A DNA stretch of 64,000 nucleotides from Antedon mediterranea. Lineage: Eukaryota; Animalia; Echinodermata. The notes under the pieces were generated by a model that searched no databases, had not been told where the DNA came from, and saw nothing but the letters and a program-made list of their open reading frames with translations. How positions within the stretch are numbered: the stretch's first letter is position 1; each line of letters opens with the position of its first letter. The DNA lies in NCBI RefSeq assembly GCF_964355755.1, contig NC_092672.1:21403237-21467236 (forward strand). Direction: 5' to 3'. The position numbers and the translations under genes are program-made. Shown here piece after piece: positions 23,142 to 38,100 of this stretch.

Positions 23142-26100
23142 ATGAGTCTTGATGATAGAAAGAGCTTCTATGTTTGTAGCTGTTACTACACCCATAACAT
23201 ATTTTTACCTAAGTTTAAACTGCATGTGACGTATATAGATGATAAAATATTTGCTGATATTTGGAAACCGGTAAAACCTGTTGCTGCCAAATCTTCTTTG
23301 TACTAAACTACTAGGCCTAGACAGCAGAACCTGGTCTGGTCCTAGTTAAGTAGAACTAGTAGGCCTGTCTAAACCAGGCCCGTAGCCAGGGGGGGTTTTT
23401 ATGGTTCGGGCGAACCCCCCCTTTACAGCGAACCCCCCTTAACCAACTGCGAACCCCCATCCCCGACATGCCCAATACCTCACCCTCATTTCCAAAAATC
23501 CTCCAAATACGTGCCCCACAGTACAAAAAGTTGTTTGTAAATTGAAAAATTCGTAAACTTGTTCGTGAACCTTCTTCTCTGTATGAGCGTCAACTAGTGA
23601 TATGTGTCTGTAAATTTCTAAAAGCTGCAAATGAATTGCCGATTTTAACCTGAAAAATAAATGTTTGGTCCCTGCATGTAACATGATATTGACGCGTCTC
23701 ATAGCGAGCTGGCGCACGAACGATTCGTACAAAGGACACCGCCAGACCACTGCGTACCTATAATTGTTTAGATCACTGGCAGTCAGGCAGCATGCATAAA
23801 GTATATAGCCTTCCGACGTACATCAGTATTTATGTGTGACTATGAAGTATAATGTATCATAGAGGATTATAGTGAATATTAATATTTTACACTATAATAT
23901 CTATGGTATCAAGTACTGACGTAGTTCACATTATGGCATCCGATTATTTTTTTCTAGACCACCAGCCGATACGTACTAAAATGTATTAATATCACCTATT
24001 TACATATTTATATTCCTCAACAAATTGCTGTAAATAAATATTATAGATAGAGCTAGCAAATAGCATTTGCCTTCACCCAGTGTGCTTTTTTCGGGGCTGC
24101 TCCTAGATATACGTTCGCATTGAACTTGAACGCAAAACAAAATACGGAGTAAATGATCAAACAATCGGCGGTTCCGCACAGAGCACGCGCATCTAACATA
24201 CGGCAACAAATAGTTATCGTCATTTAAATTATCGACGTGTTTGAGGAGGAGGAAAAAAGTATGATCTTTTTGCTCATTGGTTATATAGCATGCTGCACGA
24301 GAGTGTCTTTTCCGGCCATTTAGGGGTGTCATTTAACAAAATTCGCTTCGCATCAGGCTGGGTGAGGGGGGGGGGGGGGGGTTGACCCAAATATTTAGTG
24401 TCCGAACCCCCCCTTGACAGATCCTGGCTACGGCCCTGTAAACTAACCCTACCATAGACCTAGGCCTTTATTTTGGAAATTAGATTTTTGCCGCTGTAGC
24501 CATACTGAAAACTTTACATACAGTATATGAATTTATGATATAGGCCTTAGTCTATAGGGTATGCAGTATTTTTATAATTTACATGCACAGGTCAAAATTA
24601 ACAAATTATGCATTATGATGGTACGGTAGTACTGTAGTTTCCATAAGTGGTCCGTTTAAGCACTGGGTGAGTACATATATGGTATGTAATTTAAATGTGA
24701 ATGGGAAATAGAGAGAAACAAGCTTCAAATTGGAGCTACTGTATAGTACATATAATATTAATAATAAAATGTGAATTGTTTGTGTATTATTTTGTAGATT
24801 CTTAAAAACAAAGCGTGTGACAATGAAGAAGGATTCACAGACGTTCTGAGAGTCGTAAGTAATTGATGTTTTAATTTATGTAATTATGTTAAGTTATCTG
24901 GCTGATAATGGTACAAGTAGCAAAATACAGTTCATGTGTGTGTTGTAGCAGAATATGGTACCTGTGTTCAGAATATGGTACATGTGTAGCAGAATAGTGT
25001 ACATGTGTAGCAGAATACGGTACATGTGTAGCAGAATAGGGTACATGTGTAGCAGAATACGGTACATGTGTAGCATAATACGGTACCTGTGTAGCAGAAT
25101 ACGGTACCTGTGTAGCAGAATACGGTACCTGTGTAGCAGAATACAGTACCTGTCTAGCAGAAAATTTTTCCCATAGTGGGACATTCAAATGCAAAACTAT
25201 ATTTTCTTTATTTTATTTCATACTATTAAACACATGTTATCTCACTAACAATTCATTTCAGGTTAAAACAGAAGTAGAACGTAGAAAATCACTTGGCCAA
25301 GATTATTTAAAGAGAAAAGAGACAATTTTAAAACATTACACACCACTCCATCAAGAGATATACAAACTAAAGGTATGGAATTAAGTAGTAAAAAAATTAA
25401 AAGAATATATTACCTGTTAACTACACCTTGCTGACGAAACACAACTATAAATGCATGTCTGATTTTGTAAAGAACAACTGTTACAACAAATGTTTAGCTT
25501 GACTATTTGCCTGACTACAACTGACAAGGACAACTTCCCCCTTTAGTTATATATTTAGTCAAGATATTTGAAATAGTTGGAAAAATGTTCTTCTTTATGG
25601 TATTATTTTCTCATTGAAATTGTTGTAGATTTCATTTCTGAGCCTAACATTTCTGAAGTTGGTAGAACATAGCAAGCACAAAAATGCATCAATGCAAAGT
25701 TTGATAAAACTCATGAGTACTGAAAAAGGTTTGTTGATAGTTGACCTATTGTAATCAAATTCTATAAAAAATTAGTAAAGGATTCTAACTTAAATAACTG
25801 TACATTGTGAAAGCAGGGGTGGCGCCAGGATCTTCCCGACGCGGGGGCTACATTCCCCGACGAGGGGGCTATGCGAGCATCACTAGGCTGGCGGCCAGGG
25901 GGCCGCCAAGGGACCCCGGTGGGGGTCCAGGGGGCGAAGCCCCCGGAAGCAACGCGTTCTAGCGTCATTTGAGGTCATTTTAATCAGATTTAGGGTAGCC
26001 ATTTTTTCCATTTTTTTATAATGCATAAATAAAATGTGACCCGATCTCGCAAAACCCTCTCTTTGTCGGCAATTCAAAATTCACTTAATCAGTCAGAATA

Positions 26101-29100
26101 AGTCCAAATCGACTACCCTGGCAGATTTCATGTTTTTGCATTTTCGAAATGTTTCACTATTTAAGAATACGTCTACCTGATTTAAACTCCCAAAATTTAA
26201 TTAAAATTATGAAAAAAGAGAGTTTTAAAAACATGTATTTTCCTCAAGCCTAACAATTTATTCACGATCTACGCTAAAATTTTGCGTAAATTCAGTTGAA
26301 AGTTGCCGAGTTTGACGACATTTTGATCGCCAGTTCGCTGCACAATGTTGAAAGGTCACACATCAAAATAAAGCTCATCCATTTGACATTCCAAATATGG
26401 AAGTATTAGGGCGGAGTTTAAAGAAGGAACCAATGAAAACTTTGATTTACTATGACATAATTTCAGAAAATTCGGTTCTTCGAAGTTTCTGGAACAGCGA
26501 ACTGCGTGTGTTGCTATGGCGCATCATCGCAATAACAAACGTTATTGGTCAACGCGCTAGATGTTATACGCTCTACGCGCGGAAATAAAAAGTTGTTTAC
26601 ATTTTTGTGAGGTTATTTTCATTTTACACACAGCATGTCCTAAATTGGAATAAAAACGATTTTAATATTCAAAGTAAAGTGTTCGGCGTGTTCTGCAATA
26701 GCTGTAGCCTGTATTTGTTTATACCATAGTAAAATAGACAATTCACGTCATAAATTCAATTGTATTTTCTATATTTTTTTGGGCTAGGCCTTAATTTTAT
26801 TATGGTTTTGTAGGCCTACTACTACTACTGGGCCTAGCTTTAGTCTAGTCAATAAATAGTTTTCTTTATACATTTTATATATCCAATCGGCTCTTAATTA
26901 TTTATTTAATTTATTGTCCAGTCCTTTCATCTTAAATGTTTTTTAAACTCATTGGATTCAAGTTCAAACATTACAGCGAATCTTCCACGTTATAAAAAAA
27001 AATAAATGTATTAAATCGTCAATACAATGTTAGTAGCTAGCAAGCTGTGACTCTGCAAGGCGCCAAACTTGTCTAGGCTAGTTTACTACTAACGCCAGCC
27101 CCAATGTGGATGCACCGCTGCCATACACGGCCTGATAAACACCCATCAGTAGGTCTTAATACAGTACAGGCGATGACGGCGAAAATCTGAAAAGGCCTAG
27201 CTAGGCCTAGGCCTGCTTGGTTTTTTGCTGTTGATATCGTAAACACCTCCGAAACCAGTTAAAATAAGCTTGACGTTATAATGCTGCTTTTCAATAGTGC
27301 AAAATAGTTAATTCGAGTGACTAAATAGGTTAAAACGGCGTCTGAAATCAGTCAAATTGACTATGATGTGCACGCTGCTATTATATCGCACACACTTCCT
27401 GGTATGACGTCATTGTGCCTTAGACCAAAATACCGCGTTGCTACGGAGTGAGTTTTCAGCGCGTATCAAAAAGAATTTCATTGCAAACTTCAAACGCGAT
27501 TTTCTCGTAAACTATTGAATGATTTGTAAGTTTTTAAAATGTAATAACTTTTTAAATATTTACTCAATTTTTATGAAATAAACACCACTACAAAGCTTAT
27601 GATTCAAATAATCCAAATATATAAAAAAATAAAAAATGAATATTTCCGACAAAAGTAGGGTTTTGCCAGATCGGGTCACAAATACTGCGTGCAAAAAAAT
27701 GATGCGCGATGACTGTTTCAATCCATATTTTTCAATTTAAAAAATAAAAGTTCAAAGAAAATTTAGAAAAATAGAGTTGGAGGTCCCGGAAATTGGACTT
27801 ATTATACTTCAAAACATGAAACAAAATATATAAGTCCCTATCAAGGTTGTGACTGAGCTAAGAAATGTTTGAAAAATAGAGATGTTAGGTCCCGGAAAAT
27901 GCACTTCTTGTACTTCGAAATATGACCAGCTTTATTGTTGGGGCTGAGCTAAGAAACTGTTTAAAACTAGAGCTGCAGGTCTTCAAAAAATTGCATTTTA
28001 TACTTCGGAAACATCAGGCCTAGAGGCTTAAAAAACGCAAGCGTAGACCTTTTTCAGTCGGGGAAATAAGTTTATTCCTCCCAAGTGTATGCGTGCGTAC
28101 CATCTGGACTTCCGAGTGGTGAGAAATTCATGACATACAGGACATTGAAAATGTAATAACTTAGCTATAATAAGATGTTGGCTAAGCGAAAATGGCATGT
28201 TTTTTTGTTAAGTAATGGATGAAAAATTTATTTTAGGTGCCCCACGGTACAGAAGGTTACTTGTAAATTAAAAAATTGGTGAACATACGAACAATTAACA
28301 TAATTCGTTTTTGCTGTAGTGTAGCGTACGTCGACGCAGTACACGACGTAACCGTCAGTAAACTTCGCCTGGAAAATAACTACAGTACACATTTTGGTCC
28401 CTGGATGGAACATGATATCACGCGTCTCGACCCAACGTTGAACGATTCGTACAAAGGGATACCGCCAGACAAGTGCGAACCTATAGCTATTGTTTAGTAG
28501 TAAGTTAGATCGCTGGCAATAATGAATGCATATAAAGTGCATAATATCACTCTGACGTACTCTCACGGTCAATGAAACGTCGCGGTTTTCTAGGCGCTGA
28601 AGCTAGCTACGAAGTAAACGCGAACGCTTTTTACTGTATATTATATTCCCCGACAAAAAGTACCCGTGTTCCCTTCGGTAACCGTCGGTAAACTTCGCCT
28701 GGAAAATAACTACATTACACATTTTGGTCCCTGGATGGAACTTGATATCACGCGTCTCGACCCAACGTTGAACGATTCGTACAAAGGGATACCGCCAGAC
28801 AAGTGCGCTAGCTAATGTTTAGTAGTAAGTTAGATCGCTGGCAATAAATGAATGCATAAAAGTGCATAATAGCCCTCTGACGTACTCTCACGGTCAATGG
28901 AACGTCGTGGTTTTCTAGGCGCTGAACAAGCTATATGAAGTGAACGCGAACGTTTTTTACTGTATATTATATTCCCCGACAAAAAGTACCCGTGTTCCCC
29001 GACGGGGGGGCTAGGCTCCCCGACGAGGGGGCTAGAGCCCCCGTAGCCACCCCCCGCTGGCGCCACCACTGTTGTGAAGCTCATTCTGCCATGGAACAGT

Positions 29101-32100
29101 AATCGAAAAAGATAAAAATCAAAGCTATACACTAGTAGAGCAAGCTTTCCTATATGATTAAAACTATTTGACGAAAAGGCATATTTCAAACACATTAAAG
29201 GAAAAGTTAAGCACACAAAAAATGGCAAAATTACATGTTTTTGCATTGTTATTTTGTGAACAATGGATGTTCTATAACTCATTAAAATGGCATTCAAAAA
29301 CTTGCATATTTACTGTAATTACGTTTTATGTTTCACATTTAACTGGTTTTTTTTATGTAGGAGAGCGTATTTACTCTTTTCCAATATTTACTGAAGAGTT
29401 TTGTAATTCATTTAAAGAAGAAATAGAACATTTTGAAAACACAGATTTACCAAAAGGAAGACCAAATACAATGAACAATTATGGTGTAAGTGTGGCTACC
29501 GTAAATGCCCTGCTTTGCATAAACTAATCAAAAACCCCACCTCAAATATTAACTCCCCTACCCCATTAACATCATTTGGTATAAATGCCCCTCATAAACA
29601 TTAGTAGGGTAGGAAGGAGGGGTTACCGTGCAATAATGTCAAAGGTCAAAAATGATATTTCCTGTCAAATTTCAAAAATATGTTCCATTCATTAAAGCTA
29701 ATATAAATATGGATATTCTGAACAATTTAAGATAAAAATAAAATCTTTATGACCAGGGGTTACCAAGATATGACCCTTATGTAAAAACAAGGTCAAAGGT
29801 CAAAAGTGGCATTTACGGCCATTTTGAACGAAAACTTTTCATTATAGTACATAGAAATGTGCATATTCTCAACAATTTAAGACCAAAATCAGACCTCTAT
29901 GATCAGTCTTTGTCAAGTACCGTCTATATTTATGATTTTGATAAATCCAAGATGGCCACCAAAATGGCCCCCAAAAGACCCCATGGGACAATATTTCGTC
30001 TTGGGAACATCAAAAAATGTTAATTATATATATTCAGGATTACAAAAATGTACATTAAAAAAATACATCATGGGGGTGCATGCACGGTAACCCCTCCTTC
30101 CTACTAGACTACATGTGTAACGGTAGTCGTGTCGAGGGCCAAGACAATAACGATGGCACACAATTATTCAATGTACAAAATATAATATTTATTCAATCAA
30201 AAAGTAATATTATAAAACAATGTGAAACGTAGTGATTCTGACTGATGTTATAGTCTCAAGAATCAATACCCGAACTAACAACTTAACTACAAAAAAACAT
30301 ATATTTATATTAAGGGGACAGGAAGGATGACTAATTAAATGGTACCACATCCTGATTGACTTTCCTTGGAAGACCCACCTCAGGAATGTAGTGTTCCAAG
30401 TTAAGTAGACATCGGGGAGATTAAGGGGTGAATAGCCTGTGTGACTAATAGGGTTTGGTCCCACCATGTTACATTCCCCCGCTCGTCAATTCGAAGCCGT
30501 GTCTTCGAAACCAACGAGTCACTGAGCCAAAATTGTATTGAGAAACAAACTTAACTACGAACATCTTAAATCTAAACAAAAGAAAACGTAACGCAAATCG
30601 TCACAAATCAATAAATCGGCTAACGTGGCAAAACATACAAAAGTAAAAGTAAAATTGGTAAAGTTCTCAAATTAAAAGTCATAATAATAATATAAAGCGT
30701 TCATAATAATATATAGCTCAGCAAACATGTTCAGTTGAAAATGAAAGTCAGCAGGTCATAAATGTAGTAACTCCTGTATTTACTCCTGATGGATCCATCA
30801 ATCAATCAGCTGTTGCCTAGAAACAAGTTGACCTGCTTCCCAAAATTCAGTTCATAACAAAAAAATTTGAGAACGACATAACTGCAGTTGACTGTCCACT
30901 ATATCTTGAAGAAAATCTTTAAAAAGTGTACATTTCTGGATTCACGTTTCTCATCAATCCGAGGAATAAAGTGAAATAGTTTATCAATAAGTAATTCTCA
31001 TGTAAGTGTTAAAAGTTTCTTGTGATCCATTATAATTAACTTCATTCAGGGAACATAGTTGTGAAAAGCTTCTTGTACCCAATGGGCAGGAGGGGAGAAC
31101 CAATAAAACACAATTCAACATACACATCATCATGACAGTGGCAGTAAACTTAATACTACATTTAACTAAATCCAATCTGATAAGCAAATAACAAGATGAA
31201 ATTGATTTTACAAAATTATTGAAAAAGACACTCTTAACTACTGTACTGTACATAAGGTGTAAAAATAAAGTATCCTAACATAATTAGATTCGAGACAAAG
31301 CATCAGCATTAGTATTATGTGATCCTTTCTTATATTGAACAGTAAAACTATAAGGCTGTAAAGTCAAACTCCATCTAGTAAGACGAGGATTTGTAGTTTT
31401 CATTTGATCCAGCCATTTAATAGCTTTGTGATCTGTTTGTACTATAAAGGGCCGACCATATAGATAAACATGAAATTGTCGTATGGCCCACAAAATAGCT
31501 AAGCATTCTTTTTCCATAATCCCATAGTTTTCTTCACACGGAGTTAATTTCTTACTTAAATAGGCAACAGGGTGTTCATGTTCATTATCGTCACATTGGG
31601 TCAAGACTGCGCCGATAGCTTGATTGCTAGCGTCACATTGTAGGATAAATTGTTTATCAAAATTTGGGCTTACTAATACAGGGGAATCGGTCAATTTTGT
31701 TTTTAAGGTTCTAAAGGAAGTTTCCATTTGCTCCGACCAGTTAACATTATTAGGGGATGATTTCCGAGTGGCCTCAGTCAGGGGGAGCGCAATTTGGGAA
31801 AAGTCAGGGATGAATTTCCGATAATAATTAGCAAGGCCTAAGAATGCCCGGATATTGGTTTTGGTTATGGGGCGGGGACAGTTCTGTAAAGCAGATAATT
31901 TATCCGGACTGGGTCTTACTAGGCCGTTTCCAATTACATGACCCAAATATGACACAGTTTCCTGGGCTATCTCACACTTAGTAGGTTTTACTGTGAGGCC
32001 TGCTGCGTTTATCCTATCTAGTACTTCAGTTATGTGGAGTAAGTGGGAATTCCAGTCGGTACTAAATATCGCAATGTCATCTAAATAAGCACGGGCAAAA

Positions 32101-35100
32101 CATTCAGTGCCCCTTAGAATGTTATCCATTAGTCTCTGAACGGTACCTGGGCTATTAGCCATGCCAAATGGCATAACTTTGTATTGGTATTGGCCCCATG
32201 GTGTAATAAATGCAGACTTAAGTTTAGCTTCATCAGTCAGAGCTATTTGGTAATACCCTTGTGTTAGATCAAGTTTAGTAATGAATTTGGCATTACCGAC
32301 CTTATCAATGATATCATCTATACGGGGCATAGGGTATGGGTCAATAATGGTGATTTTGTTTAATTCCCTGTAATCGGTACAAATACGTAGTGATCCATCC
32401 GGTTTTGGAACAGAAACAATGGGGGCAGCCCATGGGCTTGTCGATGGTTCAATAATACCATTATCATGCATGTGTTGTATTTGTAATTTGACTTGGTCTT
32501 CTAATGCATAAGGGATTCTATAGGCTTTTTGTCTTATTGGGGTATCTGTTGTCGTACGGACTTCATGTTTTACCATATCTGTTCTACCTGGGATATCTGT
32601 AAACATAAATCATTTTGAGTAGAAGATATGGTGAAGGTCATCTTTCTGGGAAGGGGTAAGATAGCCCGGGATATCAATGTCTTTATAGGATTGGGCCTGG
32701 GAAGTGGCGGGGCCTGGTGGCTCAGGGGGAAACCAATCGTCTGGATCGGGGTCAGGGGCAGTGTACATACAATCATTGTTTTGTTTCTGTGGACGTTCGT
32801 TGTATAATCGTAGTAAATTAATGTGGTATGTTTTGTGTTTGTTACCAACTAGTATTTCATAATTAACATCACTTAAAACTTTAGAGATAGGATAGGGACC
32901 TTGCCATTTAGATTTAACTTTCGATGTGTCATCTGGGAGGAGAATTAATACTTTCTGTCCCACCTTAAATTTTCGAGGCAATGTTTTCTTATCATAATAA
33001 TGTTTCTGTTTCGCTTGGGCTTGTTTAAGGTTGGTTCTAGCAATGTCATTAACAACCCTTAATTTGTCTTGTAAGTCACTTATGTAATGAGCAATAGGTT
33101 GTTTGTTGTCTATCGTGTTTGTCATGCTGTCCTTTAAAAGTCGAAGTGGTGTTTTAACTTCGTGGGCAAATACAAGTTCAGAGGGTGTGAATCCTGTTGA
33201 TTCATGTTGGGAATCGCGGTATGCGAATAGAAATAAAGGAACATATCTATCCCATTCATCAAATTGTTCTGGGGCGAGAGACTTTATCATATTTTTCATT
33301 GTCCCATTAAACTTCTCGACAAGACCATTTGTTTGCTGGTGAAAAGGGGTAGACGTCATCTGTTCAATTTGTAATAAGTCTGATAATTGTTTCATCAGTC
33401 GTGAAGTGAAGTTTGTGCCCTGATTGGATAGGATTTGTGATGGGAATCCAAAATCTTTGAACACCAATATCAATGCATCGGCCACAGTTTTGGCTTCAAT
33501 ATTACTAAGGGGCACAGCAAAAGGGAATCGAGTGGCATAGTCGCAAATTGTCAGTATATAGGCTTTTCTGTTTTTCGAACGTTTAAGTGGGCCTAGAATG
33601 TCAATTTCTACTTTGGAGAATGGTTGACCGACAATTTCTATGGGTTTCAAGGGGGCCTTACTATACGTATTAGCATGGGCTGTTTTCTGACATATGTCGC
33701 ATGTTCTACAGTACGTAGCAACATCCGAAAAAATACCTGGCCAATAAAAGGATTGTAGGATACGTTGTGTTGTTTTGTTTACACCGAGGTGGCCGGATGT
33801 TGGGTTGTCATGGGCTAAGGAAAGTATAGTCGGGCGATAAATTGTGGGCAATACGATTTGTTCTAGGCCAGGGAGATTAACACTGGTCTTAATAGATTTC
33901 CATTTTCTAAATAATATATCATCTTTCAAATAAAAGCATACACGATGAGAATTAATTTGGTCAAAAGAGACAGTTCTATCATGTATTATGGTGCTAATTG
34001 TTTTATCTTCTTTTTGTTGATGTGTAAGTTGGTGTGGTGTTGTTTTGATGTCCAAAGGTGAATGATCGGTAATGTGGGCAGTGGTAGTGTTGTCATTTTT
34101 CTTTACAATTCGGGACGATCTTGGGGAAGGTTTAAGTGGTAGGGCATCAGGGATTGGGGACGTTTTAACATTAAGGGCAGCAGCTAAATTAATAGCCTCT
34201 TGTCTTTCTTGGTCATGGGCTTGTTTTCTGGTAATAGCTAGTATAGAAGGGGGCCATGTGACGTCGTTTGGGTTACCGGTCATAACTTCGTTGCCAAGTA
34301 ATAAGTCTTTAGGGGTGTCATTACTTACGGCTGCCTTTAATTTTCCTCTATAGGCCTTACAATCAATATGTACGTGTACAACTGGGAGGGTTATGCATTG
34401 ACCAGTAAAGCCTTGTACGGTGACAGTTTCACTGGTATAATCCTTGGGTTTAACAAAGGTACTTTTTACAATGCTTTGGGAGCACCCAGTGTCTCTAAGT
34501 ATTTCGGCCTGTCTGTTGTTAATTGTACCAGACAGTAACCATGGGCTGGTCCCACAATTGTGTTTAATATACAGGCCTAGTCATTGATCTTTTGCAGGGT
34601 TGTTGTTAAGTGGGCATTGTCGACTAATGTGGCCTGGTTTATTACATTTATAGCATGTAATGTTTTGTGTTGTGTATTGGCGAGTTGTGTAGGTACCGCT
34701 AGGGGCTGAATAATTATCAAAAGGGATCGAGAGCAAAGGTTTTGGGGAATAACTCGATGTAGGTTGGGGAGGGCCTTGGGATGCGGGACTGTAACTAGAA
34801 AACGACGGGGCTGTTGATGGAGGGGCGGATATTCTCGGGGAAGGTCTGGTGTTGGGTTTAGAAATAGATTCCATCCAGGGTTTACCTTTAATTTCAATCA
34901 AGGTATCGGCAATTCGAGAAAATTCATTGGACGTTTTGGGCTCTCTTTCTTTGATTAGGGAAGCAAGCGGGAAGGGGAGTTTTTGGATTGCCTGATCTAA
35001 AACAAAAAAGTCAAGAATTTCCTTGGGGTCTTGTAGGTTAACTTTTGCACTTCGGAGCCACCTCGTCATGTCTCGATCAAGTTTTCCAACCCACTCTCTA

Positions 35101-38100
35101 GTGGACATTGAAAGGGGTTTGGGGGTTTGTCTAAATTGTTTCCGATATGTTTCGGCTGTGAGGTGGTACTTCAAGAGGATAGCATCTTTAAGGTCATTAT
35201 ATGTGAAGTTCTGTAAAGGCATATCGTTGTAGGCCTCCCTGGCTTTACCAGTTAATTTTGGGAGAAGGTGTAGGGTCCAATTTTCGGGGGAAATTTGGCA
35301 CTGTGCTGCAATACGCTCAAAGCATGACAAGTAGATGTCAATGTCATCCTTATCTGTGATTTTAGGGATCTTATTAATGGGGCTATGAGTATCCTGGGGT
35401 GGTTGTTGACGCATTCGAAGACGTTGGAGTTCAAGTTCTAACTCAAGCATGCGCATTTTCATAGCTGTTTCGGATTGAGATGGTGGGGGAGGGCTAGGTG
35501 GACTCTCAAAGTTAGGAGCCAACCCAGGGGTACTAATAAGGGTTGTACGGGTTTGGGACCGAGTAAGTCGCGGAGTTGCCATTTTAAGTGAGAATGTACG
35601 ATAAGTTTGGAATCAATTAGGCTAATAACAGAATGTACCTTAACTACAATATGTGACCTGCTCTGGCATAGTGAAACATAACTCGCTGATCTTTATTCAG
35701 TGTATTGACCTATAGAAGTACTATGTACGTTAAAAATCACTATCTTGGTGAAAATAGGGTTTTCCCCTTTTTGGAATCTACAACTATTTAAGAATCAAGA
35801 TCAAGTTTCATTTTGTGTGAATTAAGTTTATAAAAGGGCTAAATAAGTGATTTTAATGAGTACCTTTTTTGTCTTGATTTCATTTTGTTGCAAAAAAATG
35901 AAATAAAGTGCATGAAACACTGTTAGAAAACTGTGCAGTTTATGAAAATATTTGTATAGCTACCTTTAGAAACATGGTAGAGTCTGAAAATTTAAATATT
36001 CATAAGCCATATTCAGTGGGTATTTCAAGTGGTTTTCAATATTTTTGGCTTCTTCAGCGGGAATTAGAGGAGGTAAAAAGCTTCTCTGACGTGATTTTTA
36101 CACAACAGAAATCCGTTGTCAAGGATACGCCACGTAATGGCTAGCGCGTAGTAGAAATACAGTACTGTAATTGGCCCTTATAATGACCTTTGACCTGTTT
36201 ACTTTTTACGCGGAGAAGAGAGTGTAAACAATTCAGATTTAAGATAATCGATGGATCTAGTCTAGGGCCTAGGTCTAGGCCAAATACAATGACTAAAAAA
36301 TAAAAACACAATGAGAGTAGCAAAGGACCTATGATATTAAATTATTACAGCCAGTGTAGTGACTAGCCTAGGCCTACTAAGTAGCCTTTTGGACTCCAGG
36401 CTGGGTCCTTCTAGGCCTACTTGTCCTAGCCTAGCTAGGCCCTAGGGTAGGCCTAGCAGGTCTAGACTAGACTAGCTAGGCCTAGGTAGGTTAGCTAGGT
36501 AGGCTGCAGGGCAAATAATAGGCCTAGCTAGGATAGGTAGGCTAGGCCTAAGTGGCACTTTTATTTGCCTACATATCACATAGGCCTACCATATTTATTG
36601 TTTTTACATAATAAGTATTGTATTAATTCATGTTATTGTAGGCTATGATTATGCCCTTACACCAACATAATTTCATGAACATTACACAATTGTAAGTAAA
36701 TGCTTAAAACAAACTTAATACATTAGTATGTGCTTAAAACATATCCATTATTTAATTGATTAAAGCAATCGCATAATGTTATTTAAGTTGTATTTGTTAT
36801 CTAATCAGCAGGCACTACACAACTAAAATTTAAATTATTTAAGTAACTTTTAAGAACGTACTTAAATCCAGTAGTTCAAGAAATGGTATTTAATGTTATA
36901 TAACTTAATTTATTGTATACATTTAATTAATTCCTAAAGAATAATACAGTTTTTTTAGTGTAAAAACATTAATTTACCCCCTTTTTTACCATTTTAAGCA
37001 AGTGCTTAAAAGAAACACAAGTATGTACTTAACATAGAATGTGGAAATATGTTTTTGTATGCATTGTCACAGTAATCAATATCCTACCAAAAAACATTTC
37101 ATTGTATCATATTTTGTGATTGTGTGATACTTAGAAAGTATACACTATTAGATTAACAAATATTAATTTGTGTTGTTGTTTTATAAAATAACATTGACAT
37201 TCAATCATGATTTTCTCAAAACTGTTATTTGTATATTTCTTTATACATGCTTCGACTTAACGTACAATATCTCGGGATCCCCTTCATGTTAAATATTAAG
37301 TTTGGTATCATTGTAAAGGATATAACATTTCCTACCAGATAGAATACAAATCTGAAAAATTTAAATTTTCGACTTATGTTTCACTTTGCCAGAGCAGGTC
37401 ACATATAAGTAATATTGAGAATTATTATACAATTATCAACAAGAATTATTAAAGTATAAAATAAATGCCACCGTCAGTATGAAAGTATATGCTAATTAGA
37501 GTGTAGATTGGTTACTCACCCTTTACTTGTGTTGCTCTTTGTACGTCTCTGTTCCTTTGTGTTTCTTGTGTTTGTTGTTTCCAAGAGTGTAGAATGGTTA
37601 CTACTCACTCTTTACTTGTGTTGCTCTCTGTGTTCCTTTGTGTTCCTTGTTGTTGTGTCCAAGAGTGTAGATTGGTTACTACTCACTCTTTACTTGTGTT
37701 GAAAACAAAATCCGTTTCGGAAATAAAAATCAGCTTCTTTTCAAATTCTACAGCTTGGTCGACTGTATAAATTTACTTTTTCTACGTGAGTTCGTAAAAA
37801 CCGCTGCCACCATGTAACGGTAGTCGTGTCGAGGGCCAAGACAATAACGATGGCACACAATTATTCAATGTACAAAATATAATATTTATTCAATCAAAAA
37901 GTAATATTATAAAACAATGTGAAACGTAGTGATTCTGACTGATGTTATAGTCTCAAGAATCAATACCCGAACTAACTAACTTAACTACAAAAAAACATAT
38001 ATTTATATTAAGGGGACAGGAAGGATGACTAATTAAATGGTACCACATCCTGATTGATTTTCCTTGGAAGACCCACCTCAGGAATGTAGTGTTCCAAGTT

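Noticed and set aside
24889-25194. Repetitive ORFs (YSATHVP)n, also 57361-57786 and 22394-22597
   Set aside because: Translations of minisatellites or TIR subunits, often open in several frames.
32607-32612. INT/RT TGA as a second programmed readthrough
   Set aside because: The context TGA-TTT is not a known leaky motif; a mutation is more likely.
36250-36600. TAGGCCTA/CTAG-rich clusters (also 22600-22770) as a regulatory code
   Set aside because: Low-complexity motif scattered through repeats and flanks; no specific structure can be supported.
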